Origin: Klebsormidium nitens
Lineage: Eukaryota; Plantae; Klebsormidiophyceae
DNA: 32,384 nucleotides
Assembly (NCBI GenBank): GCA_000708835.1
Contig: DF237744.1
Coordinates: 1-32,384, forward strand
Direction of reading: 5' to 3'
The notes under the pieces are model-generated. The model was not told the origin of the DNA. It saw nothing but the letters and a program-made list of their open reading frames with translations, and made no database searches. Made by a program: the position numbers and the translations under genes. This document shows, one piece after another, positions 1 to 10,500 of the stretch. Numbering within the stretch: position 1 is the stretch's first letter; every line of letters starts with the position of its first letter.

Positions 1-167
1 GTTGTCATATGTACATGCCGACCGGCGGTACCGACGGCCGCACGGCATGCATTGATGCCGGGCATCTGTGCGGCACCATAACCGGCAGCCATCCGGCACA
101 TGATGGGTAAGCGTTATTAAGAGCGGCACCCTATCCTAAATAGGAGCGGCGAGACCCGCTTTTTCCG

Positions 168-3100
168 ATGTCTTGTTCTCCGGCCACTTCCGGCGCCCGG
201 GTCCGGCGGCGGCGATACTGCTACAGCTACTCGAGCGGTCCATTTGGGTGCCGGAAGCGCTTGCCAAGTTGACGCTTCTCTTTCGCTACGAGTCGCGGAA
301 CGGGGAGGAGGTCGTAGACGCCTTCCTGCAGTCGGGTGGCTTGGCAACCTTGGCCAAGCTGGCAAGCAGCTTTGCCCAGAACGCCGATGTCCCGCTGGCA
401 GCGCTCTTCGACTGCATCCAGCACGCGGCCGAGCACCTTCGCCTTGCAAAGGCCATCTGGCACGTGCCCGATGGTGGCCCGAGGGGCACAACGCATCTTC
501 TAAGCTCTGCGCTAAGGGCCGCAGGGCTCAATGTTCGCTTGCTGAGTCTCGACACTAATTACTGCGGCCGAATAGGCAGCCATATCGAGATGCTGCCGAG
601 TGTGTGCGATTTGAAGGCTCCTTCGGCAGGCATCGTCAAACACGTCTTACGCGTGCTCGATGATGTCGAGATGGCAGAGCGTAAGGAAGGCAACTGGCGT
701 GCCAGGGCCCTGGGCTGGGCCGCACCAGCAAAGACCATTCTCCGTGTCTTCTTGCGGGTCCTCCCTTGCTCTCTTGAGATGCACAAGCTGATCAAGAGCA
801 GGCTGGTCGACATCTACGGAGAAGGCCAGTCCGAGCTTTTTGGAGACTGGGGGGTCGGTGATGGGGTCGTTGAGATGCAGACAGTGCCACCTAGGGTTGT
901 CCTTGCAGCCCCACCTCCTGTTCGAGCCTCCCTGGAGGAGCGTGCCCCTGACAGCAACACGCATGGTAAGCCTTCACACGTCGAACAGCAGCAGTGTCGG
1001 ACTATAAAATGCTCTGGGCTGTTGGTAGTTGAGATTGACCATCAGAACGAATGGGGTGCTCAGACTCCGGTGGATAATTCCCTCCATTGCGACGAATTCT
1101 GTGCCCAACGCAATTGGAAGGCACAAACGCATACTGTTTCACTGCATGATGCTGCTTCAGAAGGATCACCAACCCTGAGCAACTCAAGTCAAATATATAG
1201 GTGACGAGGAGGTCGATGAGGGAGGCAACCGAGCACAAGGACAGCAAAGAGGCGGCGAGCAGCAGACAGCGCACAACAAACCACCAAGCGGGTATGTTTT
1301 TTTCAATTGTCGCTCCGATTCTTCTTCGCTTTCACTTGAGATAAGGATTGAGATTGTGCTGTGCCCCAATTCTATGTTCTCTCAAGGGCATGACAATGGA
1401 CATCGACCATGCTTTGTCAACGACAACTTTCTTGACTTGACACTTGAGATTGAGTTTATATAGAGACAGGGATGTCGTGCGCTTTTACTATTTGGACCAT
1501 GCTTTGCAAGCACTGCTAATAGCTGGCCTTGTCGAAAACTTGGTCAAGTCAGGCCTTTTTGCGTGAGTCCTATGCAGTCGACGTCCTGGTGTTATCCAAG
1601 GAGAGGGTGCTCGTAGCTTCTTTGGTCCGGCACGCATACATAATCGAATTTTTGGATTTTCGCGGACTCCTCGGATTAGCAGGCGGCCGGATGCTATGCC
1701 CATTACGGCTCCTAGTCACGGCTCTCATCACGGCACCCAAGTCGTTAACGAATTGGCGCCGATGAAGAGCTTCGGTTATGAGATCATGTAACACAAAGCA
1801 CCGAATTTGATGCAAGGGGCTTTGGTTGCAGTGAACCGTCCAGGGAGGACTCGACGACAGAGCTCGAGCTTTGGCCCGCTCTACCCGAGGGACTGCGGAG
1901 GCCAACAGACGTGCCAGGGATTGGTTTGACCGAAAAACGGTAGGTGATTCCTCTGCTGCTAGCAAAGAGTGGTCAAGTCGCTCTCGTGCTTTGCTTCTTG
2001 TCTCCCATGGCTGTTGCTTCTGTGTACGTCTGTCTACAAGCATCCATAAGCCAGAAAGATGCAACTTTTGTTTGGCCTTGGTGAGCTCTACTGCAAGATC
2101 TCGTTGAGCTTGTTGCAGGGGCGGAACGACGGCCCACGACAGCCCGACGAAGCACAGTAAGGACATTGCGGTCAACGACGCCGAACCGGCGTCTCTCAAG
2201 AGGACCTGGGAGCACGACGGCAGACTGGATGCTTCAACTGAACCCTTGGAACTTCCAGCAAAGAAGCGCTTTGCCGGAGTCCGAGAAGGTCCAGTTGGGC
2301 ACGTGTTGTTGCTGCAGATCCCTGCACAAGTGGAGGACGGAGGTGGTAGTATTGGATGCGACCTTCACTCCTCGTCAAATGCTCGGGGCACGCCTGAGGT
2401 GGCAGACAGGTGGACGTCAGGAGGAGAGCCTTTCCCTAAGCTGAGGGAGGATCACGAGGAGATGGACAGGTACTTTCCGCGTCTGGTCACACCAGCAATC
2501 TTGGGGGACCTCACCACCCTTTGGATTGTAGCAATCGTAATGAAGAGCCACCTTGACTTCTTCCTTGCTTATCATGGGTGACTTGCAGCACGTAGCAGAA
2601 TCAGTTAGGTCGCTATCTGCTCACAAGGGGTCATTTCTTTAGACCAAATTGCACACTATGTTGGTGCCCGTTTCTCCCTGTGCACAGGCCTGCCGAAGTG
2701 ATTGTGGACGGAAGGTTGACCCAGAGGGCGCAAGCACCAGGCAAAATCCTCGTGCGAGCAGAATTGTAAGTGGACGGGTCCTTGCATTCTCAGGTGCCCA
2801 CAAGTTCGAAAGTGCTCCAATATGTTCACTGATGCTCTCAAAAGGTTTCCGCCAAATTCTGGTGCTAGCTGACCATGTTTCTCAACAGCCAAAAAAAGGG
2901 GTTTTAGCTGGTAAAAGCAGACATGGGTCCACTCTTCATATGACACCAGAGGCTCCACCGGCTGGGCGGACCTAAAAACCGGTGCCAAATGTTGTTAAAG
3001 GACCATATAAGACGCCTGCAAAATTCTGTGGACGCCCCCGCGGTGGAGCCCCTATGGTCTGCTCGCGACTGGAGCTCAATTATTTTGCCTGGGTGCTTGC

Positions 3101-5407
3101 GCCGTCTGGGTTGACCCCTACAAGCACGAGCTCGGCACATGTACCTGCGTGGCATCGCATCCCGTAGTAGCAGCCGCCTTGGCTTCTTCCGTCTAGCTGG
3201 ACTTAGAGCTTAAACTACAACCTGAGTTTTGCTCACACCTGAGGCTGAATATAAACCTTGACTTTTAGAATGTGGAGCTAAGAGAAGTTCCTTGCATGCA
3301 GAGACCTGGAGGTCGTTGACAAATATACCCAGGGCCTGCGCACGGCCGAGTGTTTCGAGGAAGTGAAGGCCAAGCACGTGGAACTCAAGTCCATTGTGGC
3401 TGCCATCATCAAGGTTATGAATGACATCATCGGGAACAAAGTTCCTCGATCGAAGGCCATGAAGAATCCAGAGACCGTAAGTACCTCTCCTAACTTCTCG
3501 GTGACTGTAAGGAGTTTGTCTGGTGCAACAATTGATGAACAGTCCTTCAACCAGCAAACAGCACATCAAGAGAGTTGGTTCAAGGGAGATTCGCAGAATG
3601 TATGCCTTGGCTTGTTTCAGTGGTGAATTTGCTTGGTGCTCTTTCTGTATCTTGATTTTTGCAAGAGCTTCCTATTGATACAGAGAGCTCTTGTTGAACG
3701 CTGCCTACACTTGGGAAGATGCTGTTACTTCGGAATGAACGAGATACATGCAAGTGTTTATGATTGTCTGGACCAAGTTCTTACGATGGGCTGAGGAAGT
3801 TGGTTGAAAACCTTATCTCCAAAAACAACACCCTGCCGCTTGCCTGTCAATTCCACAACACATTTCTGAGAGCATCAGCACCCTGATTGTTTGTAAGTGG
3901 GGATTTGTGGACTTGAAAGATGAAAGTTTGAGTAGGCAGGGAGAGCTCCCCAACCGGAAAACCTTATAATGTCAGGCTGCCTAAGATGAGTAAGTGATTT
4001 GCATCCTGATGACAGAACACTGTTTGCACAGAACACTGTTTGCATTCAGTAAAAGATCCTGCAGTTCTATCATCATCTGTGTCTTTGACCTGCAATGTCT
4101 TTAAGCACATCCAACTTAGTGCAGTGCCAGAAACCCTGAAATTTCTAAATGACGTTGCATGGAAGACAGGCCAGACGTGCTTTCTTCAAAGACATCACCT
4201 CAGAATCTTTCCAGGTCACCTAACCAAACCAGTATCTCACCGGACGTTTACCTAGTCTCTCAACTTCTTTGGCCCCAACGCAGGTCCCGCCCTTCTACCC
4301 TGGACCCCCGAAAGCCTACGCCAAACGCGCTCAGGACATGAAGCGGTGCCAGCTGATGAACGTCATCCACTCCATCTTCGACTTCATCCGGGAATACGAG
4401 TGGGGGCCGCAAGACATCAAATACCTGCGCGATGCGCTCGTCATGGCGGCGTGGCACCCATTGGGCAGCAGCGTTGGCACGTGGGCCGCCCTGGACTGCT
4501 GCTTCCAGGCCCTGGAAAACATGGCCCGTGAAGCAGAGTACGAAGACCGGAGGCCCTTGAAAGACGGGTTGAAACTGGCACAGCCTTACTTGGGGTGGAG
4601 GGCAGTGGGTCCGGACACGATCTGGAAAGAAGTTCCGAAGAAGCACAAGAGGAAGAAGTCTGGGAAGGAGTCAGACGAGGAGGAAGAGGCCGAAGACGAG
4701 CAAGAGGACGAGGGGGGTAGCGACAGCAAGAGGGTTGCCTCGCCAGCGGAGATAGAAGCGTCCCGCCGGGCGGGGCTCAAGGACGGGCGTCAGCAGGGGG
4801 GGGGGGGCGCCGACCCCGCTGCTTTGGCGCCGAACTTGAGCGGGGGGGGGATGGAGGACATCCCAACCTCACCGGAGAGCGTGGCCCTATCCGGCGGCGT
4901 TGGTGCGCACTCTTCTCTTGCGCTAAGGGAGAGCATCGAAGTTTCTGGGCTTTATATTTTTGCAAACGGGAGCTGGTGACTTGTCTGTAATCTTATATCC
5001 TGTCCTTTTCTTGATTGAGTGGGCCTTTCTTCCTCTTAACCGGGTCTGCTAGAGGGGAAATGTAGGGTTCTGCTTGGGTTTGCTACTCTCATTTGTCGCA
5101 GATTGAGACTTTCATATAAATGGAAATGGAAGTTGGAAAGTGGGAAACTCGCTTGATCCAACGCGTCCCAGATCTTTGCGACCGTTTTGGCACTTTGGCA
5201 TCTGCCGGCTTCCTTGCAATCCATTGTGTTGCTTTCGGATGCTTTTCACCAACACCGCTTCAATGGTTGTACTAGCTGCATGGCAGGCTTATAAAAGTAG
5301 TTCTTTTCTTCGTCAACGTCGCACACAACAGCGTGGAGATTCAGCTAGATTAAGGACGTTTGTCACTGCTTTATGCAGGAGGAACCGCCTTGGTTCCCGC
5401 CGTTTAG
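168..5407 (+). CDS. Orphan multi-exon protein, ~690 aa, unknown function. Exons ~168-965, 1201-1291, 2119-2469, 3302-3476, 4284-4902, 5379-5407; start and 3' end unresolved
   Basis: Long ORFs 173-1204 and 4269-4979 link through GT-AG junctions with matching phases: 965|GTAAGC (ph1), 1291|GTATGT (ph2), 2469|GTACTT (ph2), 3476|GTAAGT (ph0), 4902|GTGCGC (ph1). There is an acidic/basic low-complexity tract (KKHKRKKSGKESDEEEEAEDEQED). The only nearby ATG (168) is one base out of frame. No family recognised. Confidence 0.65.
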
Positions 5408-7513
5408 CGACAAAGATCGACGGCGCAGACTCTTCGGGGGCTCCGCCCAATCTCTAGGCCGGGAAGGCTGCTGCGAGGTGCTCGATGCCATTTTTAGAAC
5501 AGTGAGGGACGATTTCGACGACTTGAAGCACTTGAGGCGCACCTGGAAGACTACTTTGCGAAGGCGCGGGGGAGGCCCTCTGTCTTGGCGCGCCCAATAA
5601 TCAGGGTGTATCTCACAGCTCTGAAGAAGGCGTGCCCCAATCGAGCAAGTTCGACCTCTGAACTGTTGCCTCCTATGGGCAACTGGTTGACGGGTCCTAT
5701 TTTTTATATATAGCCTCCTGAGTCACTGGGGCGGGGTCTTTGACGTTTTTTTCCTAGATTCAGCAAAACGTTTGCCGGAAGATTGGGTGCACGTTGACGT
5801 TAAGATGTATATTGTAGAGGTTTTGTTTCGATGAACTTAGACGTTGATTGCAACGGAACTTCTGCGCTTTAGATGAGACGGTGCAGCCTTTTGCAGCCGT
5901 TCTTCTGTACGACCACTTCAAGCTTTGAAATCATGGGAAGGCAGCCCTGGTAGACTGCAGTACCAACAGTCACTATATGTCGAACAAGAGAATCCGACTG
6001 GTACTGCCGGCATCATTGCAAAAAGCAACATCATCGCCTGGTTCATGTACGAAGTATCTAGCGCGTCGCGCACTGATATCATTGGGGCGGACAGTCGGTC
6101 GTCCAACCATGCACTAATACCGTATATACGGGCATATCATATGATATAGGAACGTTAGCGGCAAGGCTCGGAATTATATTGTGCCGGGCGAAAATCATTG
6201 TGCCTGCATGACTAATCAAAGCATACATTATTGCGAGCTGGATATTGCTAGGCTTTTAAGCTCTTAACTTAGTAAGATGCAGGCTGGATTAGTGACTATG
6301 ATATTGATCATGCAAACGATTATGACACCTTTGAATCTTGAGCTATGTTGGATCGAGGCGCGCGCCGGGTGATCATCGGATTGTGGGTGGGGCGCCTAAG
6401 TTCTCAGTGGCATGCAGCATGTGCGTTTGAAAGTACGTACGTTCCAAATACGGGCCTTATATACGTACTAAACATGTTAAGTTACTCATGCGCCATGCAT
6501 GATTTTAATCGTACAAAATCGTGTTAGTGCCGCCCATAGTATCCGTTAAAAACAAAGTATATACGGACCCGGGCCGGGCCGCCCCGGCCGGCCCATGCCA
6601 TGGGGGCCATATTGAAAGACTGGCCGCTTGCCTGAGTAGACCGTACCGGCGGCGTGCGGCGGGGCCGCCCGGGCTAGACGGTAAGTTGCCTGACGGTACA
6701 TCATGCATGATGAGCTACCGTCAATCGTTCAAGTCAGGTCAAGAGCGCCGGCCACTCTTACTAGGTAATATGTTTTGCACCCGGGCCCACAGTTCAGGGT
6801 TCAACTGCGGGCCTAGCTCATGCGGCATGATCAAAAGCTATAGCTTCATTTACCAAATATAGGCCCCACTGGCCATCGTTCAAATCCAAAAAGCGCGCAG
6901 CGCCGTGCCATACTGGGGGCACCGATTTGGTATCAAGTCCCCGCGCACCGCCAGCTCATGTTGCACACTGAAGGATATTAGGTTCATAAAACTATTCACT
7001 TTTGTGGATCCCACTGGTTTTGCAAGAGCCTCTGAGTCTCCATCCAGTTTTTCTGGACACGACTTGCCAACCATAGCAAGCTGCAATCCCGGCTCTGTCG
7101 GCATCTCACAGTGACAAACCGTGCAGTGCTCAGTGGCTAGCGATGCGGCTGAAAAACGAGTGACGCTTCAAGTGGGCGTCGAACTTTGGCGACCGTCACC
7201 CGTAAGCGCTGACGGCGTCATATTTTGGACGTCAGCTTGGTGACGTCCAGGTTTCACATTGCTTTGCATTTGAATCAATGATGATGTAGGGGTCAATCGG
7301 GTTCAGGCTTGCATGACACCTTACGAGCAACAATGGCAACTCCTACGGACGTAACCTACCATGCCTCAGTTTGACTTCAAGTCGGACTCCATGCAACCGT
7401 AAGGTTCCTTGCATTTGGCTCGCTCCCCTCAAAATCTCCGATGAGTCTACACTCAACACACCGAGTGTATGTAGGCGCTTTACTTGAGTCCCGACGGCCC
7501 ATTGTTCCAATCC

Positions 7514-10500
7514 CTAGAGCTTGGCTCTACCACTAGCAATATTGTTCTTCTTTGACGAACCATACTGATCTCGAAGGATACGTCGCATGATCTTGTTTGA
7601 CGCAGTCCTAGGCAGGACCGGCGCTATGGCGAGCCTACTCACTCTAAACAGCGGGTTAAGATTCTTGGCAACTGCTGATGTTAGCTTCTTGGTCAACGAA
7701 ACAGTGTCTGCCACGTGGCCGTCTTTAAGGACAGCAACGATGAGCAGCTGCTCGGGTCCTCCATCTGGAGTACGAAGTCAGGTGCGTGTCAGACAGAATA
7801 ACCCGTCGTTTTTGGCAGATAACATAACGGGCAGAAAGGCTGTTATAACAAATCAGATGTTGAGCAAGCAAGCTGAAAACCAGCAGAAGTTCTTGCGGAC
7901 TCTTCGCACCTCTCGTTGGTTACAATCACCACCTTTGCTTATCACTAATGAGGCGGAATGCCGATGCGGCGGTCGCAAGAGCCGCAACACCCCCGCAACC
8001 CCTCAACCGAATCTACCAGATGGCACAGCAGCGAATTTTGTAGCCCCATACTGCCTTGATTCGACCGGAGATTGGAGCACCGACCTCGCTTGATTCAATA
8101 GCCCAATTTTCGGGTCTGACTACGTAATCGTCAAGTACTCAAAACCTCAGTTCCCGACTTGTCGACTCGTGGTCCTTACCGGGCGGCGGGATGCCGATCG
8201 CGGCAGTCTCCAGGATCGCAAGGTCTGCCGCATTGCAGACACGCTCGATCTCGACGGAGCTGACTTTGATACCCCCCAAGTTCATCGTATCGTCTACCCG
8301 GCCATGCGCCCGGTAGAACCCCCCGGGCAGCCGCTCCATCTCGTCCCCGTGTCGCCGCAAAACCTGCGGAGCAAAGAAAGACGGCGAGGCATGTTTTCCA
8401 TTGACGCCAACCTAAGGAGCCAACTCTGAAGACGAGAAGTGTTATTACACTGTGCCTGAAACCGTGCCATGCGCCCGGTAGACACCCCCGGGAAGCGGCT
8501 CCCTCTCGTCCCTGTAGACCTCAGGGCGCAAAGAAAGACGGTAAGGGCATGCTTTTGATTATTGACACCGTCCGACTGTAAAGGCGACTTTTGTACTACA
8601 CTGTGTCTCCAAGGGGGCATGCGCCCGGTAAAACCCCCCAAGCAGCCGTTCCATCTTGCCTGAGGATCTGGGGTACGGACGACAAGATTGCTGTAGTCAT
8701 CACCCTATTTTGGCGTCAACTACTGAGCCCACCACGAAAGGGAAGAATAACTGATATTTGCGCTTAGGTGCAAGGAAGGGTTGGCGCCAGACGACGTCGA
8801 GCCGCCACGCCACCTGCTTAAGAGCCAGCGAAAGCAAGCCAGAACGTTGAAATCTGAAACGAGAGCGTGAGGGAAGCTCCTCACTATCAAACTTTCAGGT
8901 AGAAATTGGCAGTCATCTTCATTGTTTGGGGCGGGTTACTCAACATTTTCTAACAACCTTCTTCGTCGTGTGGTACAGCCGATCCTGCACCCATGCTACC
9001 GTTCGACGCCAAAACGTCGGCCAACATTCGGATTGATAGGTTGTTCGCACCTGGATTTATTATTGACGCCGTCGGCGGACCACTCCGTCGACGGACTTTC
9101 TAAAATTCGACGGAAACACTGGGTTGTTCGCAGTGTCATATTTCCGTCGGCGGACGTCGACGGTATGTCAAAATTCTGCTCGGTACCGCGGGCTTTCACA
9201 CGCGACGGAGTCCGTTAACGGACACTGCTCCGTCGACGGGGAGTTGGGACCTACCAATCTTTCCGTCGACGCAGTCGATGCTCCGTCGACGGACCTTTCG
9301 AAGTTTTAACGGAAAATAATCGACGCCGTCGCCGCCGTCAACAATTTTGCCCTAGTGCGAACAACCTATGAGTCTCAGAGGTCCTGTGAACCGTCGACGA
9401 TCCTCCAACCCAACCTTTCTTGCCGGCACGAAACGCTATGATTCACAATCGTCGTAAGTGAAATGTAAATAAGAAGCGCACCCCTTACCCGACCATTATG
9501 CAACCGGGGCATCCCCTTGAAATATACTTTGTGGTGGTCCGCGTTCAGCAGCCGGGTGGAAGCGCCGAGCATGGGCGGGAGAAGCGCGCACTCGCCCACG
9601 CACGGCTGGCCCGACGGCTGCGTGCAAAAGTCAAAAGAAACTCAGTTGTCTCCGTTTGCGCAAGAAACGCAGACAAAGAACCAACTCTTTCATAGTCTTC
9701 TTTTATAAGGTATGTAATATTCTGACCAAAGCACACCACGCTTTCACGAACAGGCAAGAGGAAGGGTGCAAAGGTGTGCATAACAAGTGACTTTCTAGAA
9801 ACGTTTCTCACAGATATCATAGAAATTTAGAGGCAAAAAGCGACAGACTCGTAGTCAGCTCCTGAAATGCATTTCACCGCAAACGCTTTGACCGCGGAAA
9901 CGCCTCTTCCTCAGCGGCGTTCACACCGGAAGGACCGCAGAGATGAGTTTTTGAGAGCAATCAGCATTTCAGGAAACGTTGGCAACGAATACCTGCAGGC
10001 ACTCAGATACGGCTTCTGTTCTCGTCAAGGATGACCACAACCATCCCACCGTCGGAAAAAACACATCATCGGAAAATCACATCATACACTTTGAGCATAT
10101 TAGTCAGGTCATTTCCAGCTTTGCCTTTCTTCCAAAATGATCAACAGAACTTTCCGAAAACGAGTCGAGTGGAAAATCACTCACGTACGGCCGTTGATTC
10201 TCATCCAGGATAACTACGGTACATCCCATTGCCGGAGTGCTGAACGCCGAAAGCGCCTGCGGCTGCAGCATCGACCCCGTGACGAACCCGCCGCCGATCT
10301 CGGTCCCGCCGCAGTACTCGATGACGGGCCGGTAGCCACGCACGCGTGACGTCAGCCATAGGTAGTCGTCCGCGTTCGACGCCTCCCCGCTCGAACTGAA
10401 GCACCTGCAGATCGGAAGTTCGTTAAGAAGCTACTCAGGCAGAAGTTTTCTACGATTGACTAATACGTCATGATGATCGGGCTCTAAAGAGTACGTTTGG

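Noticed and set aside
1-110. GC-rich palindromic stretch as the partner terminus of 6560-6680 (a large element around the orphan gene)
   Set aside because: Only ~8-bp matches were found, which is not enough to support an inverted repeat.
2470-3196. Apparent continuation of ORF 2246-2581 as a long pseudogene frame
   Set aside because: The coding part ends at the donor 2469|GTACTT. The rest has frequent stops and is explained as intron.
4012-4043. Perfect 16-bp tandem duplication ACAGAACACTGTTTGC
   Set aside because: It is real but ordinary slippage. The same applies to GTAATATAGAA at 25112/25128.
6118-6470. Possible CCGTA-type TIR pair
   Set aside because: The match is short and imperfect and I could not define the ends.
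7587-8093. 168-aa plus-strand ORF
   Set aside because: It is the antisense shadow of the last AAE exon plus intron.
9353-9357. TAGTG suggesting a CACTA element end
   Set aside because: It falls inside the longer TA-flanked TIR, and no matching CACTA left end with a 3-bp TSD was found.
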